Shown: positions 13,105 to 24,247 of the stretch, in pieces
How the letters are laid out: the number at the start of each line of letters is the position of its first letter
How positions within the stretch are numbered: position 1 is the stretch's first letter
NCBI GenBank assembly: GCA_028534125.1
Contig: CM052817.1
Location: forward strand, 27,778,001 to 27,842,000
Source: Lama glama
Lineage: Eukaryota
Direction of reading: 5' to 3'
DNA: 64,000 nucleotides
Notes under the pieces: generated by a model
Seen by the model: the letters and a program-made list of their open reading frames with translations, nothing else
Told to the model about the DNA's origin: nothing
Databases searched by the model: none
Made by a program: the position numbers and the translations under genes

Positions 13105-13732
13105 CCTGGTGACATAGGGTTTGCCCCCAGAAGCTGAAAGGGCTTCCAGGAGGATGCCTGGTAGTGCTATCTGAATATCCAAGCCCGTCTAGAGCAAAGA
13201 ACAGACAGTTTCTCATCTGCCTCAGTACTGAAACTATCTGCCCTCACACTCAGCCTGCACTCTGAGACCTGGAACCACACTTTCCTATCTCCATGAACAT
13301 GACTTTGTACTACTCCTCTGCCTTTCTTAACATGACTTTAGCTTTCCAGGAGTCTCCTGTCCAGGCAAATGGGATTGACTGTTCATCACAGGAATGTCAC
13401 CCAAGGCTCTTCCCAGCTCTTCAGTGGAAAAGCATAAACAGACAGCTAGTACCCTGAGAGTGTTTGAATCTCTTGCTTCAAAATTCTCACTTTGCATTTC
13501 CCACCAATTCTGAACTGTTGTATCATGATCCTTGCCCAATCCTAACAAGCTCCTTGCTTTGGGAGCCTCAAGTCAGAGTTCCAGTTCTCATTAAATGATT
13601 ACCATTCCTCACTCCCCAGAAACACTGCCAAACCTTTGCAAAATGATGTGCTCCCTTCGTATGGAAGCAATAAAATCAGCTTTGTCTCATCAACAGGTTG
13701 TGTTAGTAACGTCTGGGAGCCAGCTTTCTGCA
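13105..13732 (+). mobile_element. Old LTR (MER54/MER74-like, ERVL class)
   Basis: 3' part 'caataaaatcagctttgtctcatcaacaggttgtgttag...gggagccagc' resembles the MER54/74-group R/U5 with a polyA signal. 5' boundary uncertain. Confidence 0.5.
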
Positions 13733-14157
13733 AAGCGCCTGTAATCTGGAGGGCTGGGGCTTACCGCTTCAGAAAGCATAATGAGCTTCACTGAGCTTCT
13801 GAAAAGGAGTCTGCCTGGATCTGGGTGTTTGAGTTCTGAACCTGCAGCCCCCGAGGGACGACTCAGGGAATAATAATTTGGTAAAGCAAAGGGTTCCACG
13901 GTCTCTGTCACCTTCACAAGCTTGCTCTCCACTCATTCACCACACCCTGTCTTTTTCTGGTGTCCCAGTCTGGGATCTTACCTAGGAAGGGACAGGAATT
14001 CATCCACATAGCTTTGTTGAAAGTATGGGGGAGGGGAATCTCTTGAAAACCGTTTGTACAGCCAGCCTTCATGGCCCTGGGAAGTCACAGAAGGGCCACT
14101 CAGGCCCCGTCTCAGCTGCTGCGACCACGTGGTCTTCGGGCTTCGCTGCTCCTGGGA

Positions 14158-15112
14158 TATTACCGGAGAGTAGGTTCTTGTCTCTCGCAGGAAAGAATAC
14201 AGGGTAGTAAAATGGAAGCAGGTTTATTTAGAGAGGTACGCTTTCCATCGACAGAACGCAGTCCGTCTCAGCAGGGAGAGTGGCCCTGGGGTGCCAGGTG
14301 GTCAGTTTATACAGACTGAGTAATTTCATAAGCTAACAAGTGGGAGGATTACCCCAGCTGTGCTGGGGAAGGGCTGGGGATTTCCAGGAGTTGGTGCCCC
14401 TGCCCGCTTTTTGGGCTTTTTTGGCCAGCCTGGGAACTGTCGTGGCACCTGTGGGTGTGTCACTGAGCATGTGAACGTATTACAATGAGCCTATAATGAG
14501 GCTCAAGACCCACTGGAAGTTGAGTCTTTCACTGTCTTGGGCCTAGTTGGTTCTGTGAATGAAAAATACTGCAAACCACATCAGTAGACAAAGAATGCTG
14601 AAGCCATCAAGTCGTCAGCGGCTGCCGCCACCCCTCAGTGAAGACAAGTGCCTGCAGCCCGGCCTCTGCAGCCACTCACAATGGTGCACCCTGAGGGGAC
14701 TCAGAATAAGAAAGGACAGGACACTGGCCCTAGATAGCTAGGTGCTTGTCAAAGGAAGGAATTCAATGAGTGCAAATGTTTGCTCCCTCCCAAACACAGA
14801 AGAGCACTAAATTCTTTAACTTGAGATCCCTGGTTTTCTTTAGTTAACCAGGAATCTTTTATTGTTCCAACTACCTGGTCTTTGTTGTAAAGCTCCTATA
14901 TATCCTAGCTCCTCCCCTACCTCTTCAGAGCAGTCCCTCAGAGTGATCTCAGAGGCTGTCATCCCGGCTCGAGTCCTCCCGCCAAATAAAACATAACTCT
15001 CAACTTTAGGCTGTGCATTTATTTCAGTCGACACTTCTAACCAGTTTATGTCATTCCCTCAATTGCTGTGTCATTCTTTTAATGGTTCCCTGCCCGCTTC
15101 CCTCCTGTCTCA
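14158..15112 (-). mobile_element. ERV1-type solo LTR (outer element, split by a second LTR)
   Basis: Minus strand begins TGAGACAGGAGGGAAG and carries AATAAA (plus-strand tttatt at 14223-14228). The halves rejoin as 'cctagttggttc|taaccagtttatgtc'. Flanks GGGA/GGAA are an imperfect 4-bp TSD. Confidence 0.75.
14554..15033 (+). mobile_element. ERV1-type solo LTR (inner, 480 bp)
   Basis: TGTG...GACA termini, TATA-like 14897-14903, AATAAA 14985-14990, flanks GTTC/CTTC (4-bp TSD with one mismatch). Confidence 0.85.
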
Positions 15113-15777
15113 GGAACACATGTTCATTTACCCTCTGCTTCCTTGTGGTTCTGGGGCAAGTGCCTGTGTTGTATCTTGCCAGGATGCTGACTTTGGTCCT
15201 GACTCTACCTGATGTCTGGGGACTGGTACTTAATGTGGTCTGGCTCGCATCTCCATGTCTTTGGTTCGTATTCATGAGAACCTCTGATGAGTCAGTGACC
15301 AGCTAGCAGAAGCTGGCTGGAAAGGGATTTGGTCCAATCACATCTGAACAGGGGTTTAGGGTCACCTGAACTCTCTTTCTCAGCAAGGGTTGCAGAAGGG
15401 CAGAAGGCAGCAGATCGTGATGCTTTTACGATTTGAATAGTCAAAGTTGCTGATATCACAGAGACGCTACTTGTTAGAATATATGAATATCCTGTCTTCT
15501 CTTCATCCCCGTGAATGGGTCTCCCCGCATATTCAGACAGAAGTACCCTAGTAGGAACCCCAAAATAAAGAAGGAATCAGCGTTCAGCTTTGACTTTAAA
15601 ACAGGATCTTGAATTCCATAATGAAAGGCAGGCTTTGTTGAGAGGAAAAAAGGGATTTGTCAATTACAAAAGCTTCTTTTACATGTCAAGAGTAGAAAGG
15701 GGAGTGCATTCAAATTGGTGATCTGAACAGAGTTTTATTTTAAACCAAAGACAGAGACAACCTAGGATACTTAATAC

Positions 15778-16582
15778 TGTGAGGAAAGTCCTACCAGCCC
15801 TAGGGGCCAGGGAGCAAACAAGGAATATGTGAGAGGGAAGGCGAGAAGCCTGAGGTTCTATGTGAAGTTCCTGGCTCCCCTCCCCAGGGGCGGAGCAAGA
15901 GGCGATAAATACGGGCCAGAGAGGTGTGGGCTCCCAGTGTGGCAGTGCTTGTTGCTCATCTCTCAGGGATAGCGCGGAAACTTGTCAGTCCCTAAGGGGA
16001 GCCCTGTGTTTTACGTGGAGCTGGAGCCTCATGGAGCCACTCAGGGTGTAGTTAGAGGGTGGCTGAGGTAGGTGTCAATGTGAGAAGGCAGGCTATCTCT
16101 AAGTCCTGGGATGCTGGGGTAAAGGGGTGAAGAGTCTGGGGTCAGAATGGGCCTGCAGCCATCGGGGTCACACCACATGATACTCAGGATACTCAGGTGG
16201 AGCCCACTGGTCTCGATGAGGACCCACGCGGCCAGAGTCGACCAGCCGCACTGCAGCAGGCAGGACCGTGGGGACGTCAGGAGGGTAAAGGACCTGTCTC
16301 TGGCACTCAGGTTGGACCTTTGGAGGAAGAATATAGACCTGAGGGGAAATTCAATCTTTGAGTCAAGTGAGTATTTATTTACTCAGAGGAGACTGAGTTA
16401 GATCAAGGGAGTCTGTTTTAAATGAGAAGAGATTGCATTATCTTTAATTTGCAAGTTTAAGCTTCTTTTCTGCAACCAATAGGAGAGGGGCTCAAGATCA
16501 TGATGTGAGGGAACAGTTATAGTGACAAAAGAGATTATTTTCTTCACATCCGAGTCATCATGTAAACTTTGCTTTTATCACA
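15778..16582 (+). mobile_element. Possible ancient Gypsy-type LTR (MamGypLTR/LTR85-like)
   Basis: 3' end 'ttttcttcacatccgagtcatcatgtaaactttgcttttatcaca' resembles recalled MamGyp/LTR85 termini. 5' end uncertain. Confidence 0.35.
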
Positions 16583-16721
16583 GTGTTGGGTCTATTTAAC
16601 CCAGCTCCTTCTACTCATTATTTAACTATGAGCTAGGCAAGGAGTGTGTACTCTGCCTCATTTGTTCTGTTGGACAAGTAGCACGTGCTTCCTGTAGGGG
16701 TGCAGCAGAGAACAAGACAGG

Positions 16722-17154
16722 TGTCCACTGAAAAAAAACACACAACGTGAGAGCCGGGGCTCACTGACTATAGCCCAGGGGAAGCCTCTCCAGGAGCTCC
16801 AAGGAACTGCCCCAAAGAGGTGGGCGGAGGTCAGTATTGATTTTGGGGAAGGGAGGACGTTCAGTCAAGCACAATCTCCATAGAGGGTTGCTGCTAGTCA
16901 CGAGGAGCAGATGTCTCCATTATGATTTTAGTGCTTTTCTAGGTATGGGAAGATGCAAGAATCTGGGCTCATAAAATTTTCTCCTGAAAATATTTAACTA
17001 TCTGAAGGTCTGTTCTACCCAGTTGTTTCCAGAGCACCTCATTCCTGATCTCCACCCTGAACTCCTTTCAAGGGGTGTTGAAGGTCAGCGGCTGCAGCAG
17101 CTTGTGACTTCATTCTTGTAGAACCAGGTGGCGAGGGACAGTCTTTATTTCACA
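16722..17154 (-). mobile_element. ERV1-type solo LTR related to the 14554-15033 LTR
   Basis: 'tgtccactgaaaaaaaaacacacaacgtgagag...gaactgccccaaagaggt' aligns by eye with the reverse complement of the inner LTR's U5/R. TG...CA ends. No clear TSD. Confidence 0.75.
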
Positions 17155-17627
17155 CCTTGATAGTCCTTTCTGTAAGGAACTGGTTATTTTTTGGAATAAA
17201 GGAAGGGACGGGCCATTCCTCTGTCTGGGTGAAGATTTGTCATTATTGTTCGTTGCATACTGTGGCCACTTGGAGGTATTTTCTGCCCACACTATGTAAG
17301 AATGTGGTACAATTTATATATTGGGCAATGTGGGAAGGCACTGAGTTAAAACTCCAATTTCAAATTCGTTCCAACATGAATATGTCAGAATTCATGCTTT
17401 CTGAGTCATTCTAACGTGTACTTACTTGTTGATTGATCACTGTTTGCCCAGCAAGTATTTATTTTGCTCCACTTTATAGGCACTCTTTTAGTTGCAGGAA
17501 ATACAGAGATAGATGAGGTCCTTGCCACCTTCAGTTGTTGACTGTCTCTTGGGGGACATGAATAAGTCATTAAACACGGAGATGGGAGGGCAGCCACCTC
17601 TGCCTGAGTTGTGCGGTGGGGAGAAGG

Positions 17628-17865
17628 CAGGTCTGCCATTTATGTCGTGCAGGATGTGCACTGCACAAGGGTGCCAAGCCAGGGGGACAGAAATTCAGCC
17701 CGAGGACCCTGGCACAGGACTGCGTACACCTGGGGAAGCGTTGCATTTTTGTGCATACAAGGTGCCATTTGCTCACCAAATACCATGGCCCTCCAGCTAC
17801 TGGAGTGCGTCTACCCAGAGCAAGTAACACCTCCTAATTTGCACAAAGGAGCTATAAAATCTACC
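17628..17865 (+). mobile_element. MER91-like hAT (Tip100) MITE, apparently with a partial second copy
   Basis: 'gtgcaggatgtgcactgcacaagggtgcc...gaaattcagccc...ccctggcacaggactgcgt' and 'ctaatttgcacaaagg' match recalled MER91A. Confidence 0.6.
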
Positions 17866-18065
17866 ACGCAATCATGAGAGAAGATGGGATATTTGAACTG
17901 AATTTGGATAAAAACTGGCCAAAAGACAGAAGTGCCGGAGAGTTTTCCAGGCAGAAGGAGCAGTCAGTGCAGACGTACTGGGGACAGTGTATTGGAGGAA
18001 CAATAAACACTTGTTAAGGAGACTATTCAGGAGGCTGTCAGCAGCAGTTCTTAGTTTTTATTCAC

Positions 18066-18381
18066 ATGTCTGGAGGCGGCAAGTGTGGCAAGGGGCTAGG
18101 AGAGGGAGGTGCTAAGTGCCACCGCAAGGCTCTGTCTGCGCGACAATATCCAGGGCATCACCAAGCTCGCCATCCATCGTCTAGCTCGTCGTAGTGGCGT
18201 CAAGCGCATCTCCGGCCTCATCTACGAGAAGACCCATGGGGTGCTGAAGGTGCTCCTGGAGAACGTGGTCCAGGTCGCCGTCACCTACACCAAGCACGCC
18301 AAGTGCAAGACGGTCATGGCCATGGACGTGGTCTATGCGCTAAACCACCAGGAATGCACCCTCTACGGCTTCAGTGACTAA
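18066..18381 (+). pseudogene. H4 (pseudogene): Processed histone H4 pseudogene (full-length CDS, frameshifted)
   Basis: ATG 18066 reads [24 protein letters not shown] 4-bp TCTG duplication (18131-18138) shifts frame into [38 protein letters not shown]...TLYGFSD, ending TAA 18379-18381. Many R>C and R>H changes fit CpG decay. Confidence 0.97.
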
Positions 18382-18431
18382 GCCTCACTTTGTTTGCAAG
18401 CTTTTTTTCTTTTCCCCTATAATAAAGTTAA

Positions 18432-18447
18432 GGCCCTTTTCAGGGCC
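18432..18447 (+). terminator. Histone 3' stem-loop carried by the H4 retrocopy
   Basis: GGCCCT-TTTC-AGGGCC is a perfect 6-bp stem with a 4-nt loop, followed by ACCC and an A10 tail (18455-18464). Confidence 0.93.
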
Positions 18448-18852
18448 ACCCGAGAAAAAAAAAAGACTATTTAGGAGAATTCCTGGATGTTAGACTGCAG
18501 GACAGACAGAAGCCACTCCCGAGGGGATGGGTGCGCTGAGAACTTTGCCTTTTGTCCTGCAGCTTTGTGGGGCCTTTGGAGGGTTTTAAGTATCACCTCC
18601 AAATCAGTCTATTCAGTGTGGTTTAATCCTTCCTCGCCAGGCAGCCTCTCTCCCCCACTGGCTTCTCTGTTTCTCTGACCTCTCATTTTCTCCCCTGCCT
18701 TGGCCACACGCTTTGGGATTTAATTACAGTCTGCCTTGTTCACCATCCATCCATTGCCTGTGAAATCTTCCTCTCCTCTTATCTCTCAGCAGATGTAAAG
18801 CTTTGTGCCTGCAACGATTGTGCCTTCCATGCCTAAAGAAATCTCTCTTAGC

Positions 18853-19150
18853 AGCATGTCTCCAAGTATGGTACACGTACCCACCGTGGTAAGTGAGGCG
18901 AGTTCAAGGAGGATGCTAACACACACTTTTAACGTATTTATTTTGTGGTATCGTAAGTTTTATAACTATCTTTATTTTACTGTCTACTAAATAAAAAAAA
19001 CCACATGCACACCAAATCTGTGATTTCACTGATATGTCTGTTTAGAATGAGGCTGAAACAAAGCTGAAGTTAAAGAAAAAAAAATACTGGTGGTTCAGAT
19101 ACGGGAAAAATTGTAAAGGTGGTGTGCGGGTGACTGGCATTTGAGATCCA
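18853..19150. mobile_element. MER113-like hAT-Charlie element
   Basis: 'ccaagtatggtacacgtacccaccgtggtaagtgag...aaatctgtgatttcactgatat...aaaggtggtgtgcg' matches recalled MER113. Confidence 0.55.
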
Positions 19151-19339
19151 GCCCAGCGCTGCACCGGCCAGTAAGGCTAAGCTGTAGGAAGCTCGGCTTG
19201 ATTTTAGTTAGTTCAGTGCTGCGTATTCAGGGTGGTGTATCTAAAAGGAAACAGTCAGTGTAAGAACTTGGAAGGAAGGAAGTGGGGGGACAGAAGGGGA
19301 GGAGGGGAAGGCTGGGAGAGAACAAGGGTCAGTGGTGAT

Positions 19340-19455
19340 GCCACGATTAACAGAATCGCCCAACTGAGCCCTGCCGACATTTGCAAGCCACAAAGTCATG
19401 AGCCATAATAAAACAGCGATTGTTTTAAGCCCCTGCATTTTGGGGTGGCAACAAG
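19340..19455 (+). mobile_element. MLT1 (MaLR) 3' fragment
   Basis: 'cccaactgagccc...catgagccataataaa...ttgttttaagcccctgcattttggggtgg'. Confidence 0.6.
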
Positions 19456-21012
19456 TAAGTCCAATGATTCTCTCTATCTGTGTTTCCATAGTGTTCTGTT
19501 TTGGCCCCACTGTAGAGTTTACTGCACTACAGCTAAATTTCCTAATATCTACCTGTCCGTCTTTCCTTGTACGTGATATGGGGCCGGGAATGATGTTTTG
19601 CTGGCTGTTATATTTCTAATATCTAGCTTCAGCTCTGCAAAAAAATGTGGGCTTAATGATTATTTTTTAGAACTTGGGAAGGGTTGAATTAAACGGAATG
19701 GACAAGAGCTGATTACAAGTAGGGTGTTCATATATTCGTGTTTGCCTGGAACCTGGCAAGATGTAATTATTAAGTCCTCATTCACTCTCAGATTTAAAAT
19801 ATAAACTGTAGGCACCCTAATTAGCGGGGCCTTTGTGGGATCAGGGCAGGATTCCACGTGGTTCCCGCTAGATTGATTAGAGTTTGAATCTGGCTCTAGC
19901 TGGAGAAGCATGTTGGATTTTTAGATGAGAAACTTTGAAGACTGACTTATTATTCCTGCTGCCATTATATTTTGATTATGTGCTCTGTGATTAGATGTTG
20001 AAAATGCTAATGTGTATTAATACTTGATTGATTGGATTACTCACCCTAATCACATGTTGATCACTTTTGATAAATGTATTGATTCATATCTGATTTACTT
20101 CACAGATCTCTTTGTGTGGCTATGCTTTGACACTAACTGATTACATCTTAATATCTGATTGCTCTTGAGTAGCTCTTGTTTTAACCATCGGGAGGGTGGA
20201 TTGTATCAGCTAGGACGTCCCTGACTCGTGGTGATGCCTGGGTGAGAGAGCCCCGCTGCTTACTGCTGTGTGACATTTGCTAGGCAACTTAATCTCTCTG
20301 GCCTCATCTGTGAGGTGGAGATAATAACAAAGTTACACATGAGCGTGCCAGGTGGATTAAACGAGAGAATATATATTAATAGGGTAAACTGGCTGGGTCA
20401 TAACTGACTTCTAGATAATTCCAGTGTGTAAGTGGTATCCCTTACTCCCACCCAGACATCCATTTGCATGAGCTGATATGCATTAAAGCGTTTGTTGTTT
20501 CAGAAGGGGGCTCAGGGAAAGGGGAGGCGTGGTATGGGGTAGGCTGCGGGTCTGGGGAGAAGGGAGAAGAGAATGAAGGGGCGGGGATTGGGGAGAGCAC
20601 GGGCGCCGTCCTCCCATTCAGGCCACAAAGTGCAGGTGTTCGCTGTAAAGAGGGCCTGGCTGAAGGGGCGGGTGGGGTGGAAATCCATGCTCGGACACGG
20701 GGCTGTGTCGGCTTCTGGGAGGGGTGACTTGTCTAATTCACACGGAGGGGCTCTCAGAGGAGCCATGTGAGAGACGGCCTCATGCCCACTGGTTTGAGAT
20801 CCAGTAGAAAGAGCGAGCAAACAGCTGAAGGACCTGATTAAGTAAGTGAATGACTGCGTAACTCTAGGCACAAGGAGGGCTGTTTTAGGGCCCAGAGGAT
20901 GTCCCCTGGCCCACGCCCCTTCCATACTGCGGCTTTCTGCCCTGGCTCCCAGGGTGCCTGATGGAAGAGGGCTGTGCCTGGGAGACGAGCATTCTCATGA
21001 AGTTCAGAGACC

Positions 21013-21039
21013 TGTGTGTGTGTGTGTGCGCGCGCACGC
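21013..21039. repeat. (TG)n(CG)n alternating purine-pyrimidine tract
   Basis: tgtgtgtgtgtgtgtgcgcgcgcacgc, read directly. Confidence 0.9.
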
Positions 21040-21288
21040 TGGAGAGGGGAACACGGAGTGAGTGTGTGTGGGGGGTGGAGGGGGTGCCTTTTAAATACTG
21101 TTACAGCTGGCGGCCACAGGCTCTCGTGATCTGCCAACACTTTACATACATGATCACTTGCAGTGGTCACAGCAATCCTGTGACAACAACCTCAGGTACT
21201 TTTATCATCCCTGTTGGGGTGATACAGACGGGAAACAGGCAAAGAGGGATCAAATAACTTCCTCCGAGGTGACAGAGAGTAACTGGTT

Positions 21289-21705
21289 GAGGTCTCCCTG
21301 GATTTTTGAAAGTTTGCTTTATGCCACTTTGTTTTCACGAAAAACTTACATTAGTACCAGTTTTCACTGACCAAGACATCTGAAGAGAATTTTTGTTTAT
21401 AAGAATAAAAGTCAAAAATGAAAATACTGTTGAGTGTTTGCCTTGCACTGAGCAGTTATAGAGGCCATGCACCCCCCGCAGAGGGTGGCACCGCCAGCCT
21501 CCTTCCCCGGGACCCACACTCAGCATCTCAGCATCGTCACCATAGCTCTGAGCTGTGTCTGTGAGCATCTGTGCTTTATCTCAGTTGGTTTTGTGCATCC
21601 ATTAGCAAGATGTGTTCTAAGATAATTGTTTCTTTGCTTTACACCATTTCGGCATCAGAAAAGATTCATAGGAACACTCTGCTTTTGGAGAGCAGGGGAA
21701 ACCTG
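21289..21705 (+). mobile_element. Tigger9-like Tc1/mariner MITE inserted in a MIR
   Basis: Matches the recalled Tigger9a body ('ttacattagtacc', 'cactcagcatctcagcatc', 'ttagcaagatgtg'). Right end 'ggggaaacctg' followed by TA. MIR-like sequence on both sides. Confidence 0.75.
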
Positions 21706-24247
21706 TACTTGAATCCAGGCCACCAGAAGCCAGAGCCACTGCTCTTAGCCCTTACCCCAGGTTGCCGCCTCATCAGGGAAACTGGCACGGCTCCTGAGCA
21801 CAGGTGAGCGTCCCGCCCCTACTCCTGGGGAGCCCTGGGGTGGGGGGTGCTGAATTCCTACATGAGCCGGTGATCAGAAAACTCTGGGCATCTGTGTTAA
21901 TGTGACACCCCACCTCCAGCCTGGGGGCCCTCTGTTTTTGGACTTACAGTACACTTGCCTGGGACCTGGACCACACTTACAACTCAGTAGAGGGGTCTCT
22001 TTTCAGTGTTGCGGATGATGGATGTGGCGGCTCGTTTCTTCAGTCATGTTTTTAGAGATGAGAACACGGAAAACCAGTGCCCTCTTTGGCCTCCCATTGA
22101 GCCTGTCTGCTCCTCTGAACCCAGCCTGAGATCCGCAGGGCACCAGAGGGAGACCAGGGAGTGGGTAATTGTCCCCTGGCATTGGGCCATCAGAAAAGGC
22201 CGTCGGCTGCCTATCGGCTGGGGTCCCTGGCTGCTTTCCAGAAGATCCCAAGGCCCTGGGAATACGCAAAGTAACGACCAGACAGCCCATGTCAGAACGA
22301 CCATCCTGAGGCTTAAAGGGCCTTTTTACAGAATCGCATATGAGTAGCCACAAATTAGCAAGTACCTTCTTTTCCTTCCTTCACAGAAAACCAGTTTACC
22401 CATGTCTGACTCTCAGATGCTCTCTCTCTTTTCTGTTATTTTATTTTATAACTTTTTGAGTGTATATGTAGCATTCTTTTTAATATGTTTGGGGTTTTCA
22501 AAATTAAAGTTACTTTTCTCTTTTATATCTGATATTAATTTTTTTTTTGGTCTTGTGTAGATTAAGAAAACTTGGAGGAAATAACAGTAAAATGCTAACA
22601 GGTCTGTGGGTGATGCGATTATGGGTTATTTTAATTTTCTTTTCTATCCTTCTCAATAAGCATGTTCTGCTTTTATAGTAGGAAAGGAAGTGGAATTTGT
22701 ATGTGTGGGTGTTTTTAAATTTTTTTTTTTTAATTTTGAGATTAGTTGCCTCCTTCAGTACAGTTTTATTCTACCTACTACAGACAACTTTTACTTCAGG
22801 TGGTTATGGTGCTTTTTTGTTTGTACTTCATTTTACTCCCTGGAATTCCTCCGTGACAGACTTGTCTGGCTGAGATGGAGGTAGATGAATGACCAAAAAG
22901 TACAGACCCAGCCAGCTTCTCATCTGAACGGAAAGAACTTTAGACTGGGAATCTGGAGGGCGGGTTCTGGTTCCGACGCCAGCCAGCGCTGAGGGCCTCC
23001 GTCTCCCTGTGCTCACAGGGGTCCCCCACCCCTCCCAGGACGAGGCTGCGTGAGTCTTTGGTGCCTTATGGGATTCAGTGGGGAAATAGGGCCTCTGTTA
23101 GCCTACAGTTGACTTTGTTAGGCTACAGTGATTTAATTACCCGGCCATTTGGTGTGAGAATAGCTCTCCCTTCTGCTGAGTAAAGGAAGGGAACTCCGTG
23201 GTGGCCCTCTGGCAGGATTTCCTGGGACTGGTATTTGGAGCGACATCTTTAAGGTAGTGAGGGGCAGATGGAACTGGAGGGAGGAGGACTGACAGGCCGG
23301 TGGGTAAAGGTGGAGAGGCAGACAAGCCCATCACGCGTGGATGATGGATGGCGGACAGAAAGGCAAAACCTCAGGGAGGAACCTGAAGTGGCCCCGGCTG
23401 GAGGGAGGCACGGGGCTTGGTGTCCCTCTTCGCATTCCCGGTGCCCTGCGGTAGCCATCCAATAGCAGTCGCCATATATCCTGTGACAGTTAACTAATAA
23501 ATTCTGTTTTTCTTTAATTTAGCTGTAAGTTTCAAGTAAATATTGATATTTTCCAAGATATAAAACCAGTCACTTATCACAGTGCATTTCAACAAAACCA
23601 AACAGTTTGGTGCCCTAGACTTACAGAGGTTTCTCTAATTGGATAAAAAGATGAGGTCTGTGCTTTTTCATTTGCCTGATTAATTACTGCTCTGAAACCC
23701 TTGAAAACAGACATGGTCTGTGAATGGTATCTGCTATTTAATCGAAGACAGATGTTTTCAGAAACCTTTTAAATAGGCCTGGAGAGTTACCGACTCTTAA
23801 GCGAAGTGAGTCATTGAACTGTATGTTTTAAAAGTGACTGAAATATGCCAGCAAAAAGCGATTTTTACCAATGTTCAAGTTAGGGTCCCTCTCATTGTGG
23901 TTTGTCCTAAATCCACCAGCACCAAGATAATCTCCGTCCACCCAGAGGTTGAGGCTAAAACTCTAGCTGTCGCCCACAGCCTTTTCCTACTTGCCCTTCC
24001 CTCCCTGTCCCTGCTGCGTCCAAGTTCTGCTGTCAAGTTCATTCCCAAAGTATCTCTCTGGGGATTTCCTTTTGTCTGTTCCACTACCGCTACCTAAGTT
24101 AAGGCAACAGTATCAGTTGGGTCTGATAGGAAAGTAGATTTACCCTAGATAGTCTGAACAAGGCTCATGGGGAGACAACCACTGCTTACAACCCTTGAAC
24201 GGCTCCTCACTGCCCTTAGGATAAAATTCAAACTCCTCATGACGGTG

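Noticed and set aside
18109..18381. 90-aa ORF as a functional H4 variant
   Set aside because: It starts at a GTG in a shifted frame. The true ATG frame is broken by a 4-bp duplication, and invariant H4 residues are mutated.
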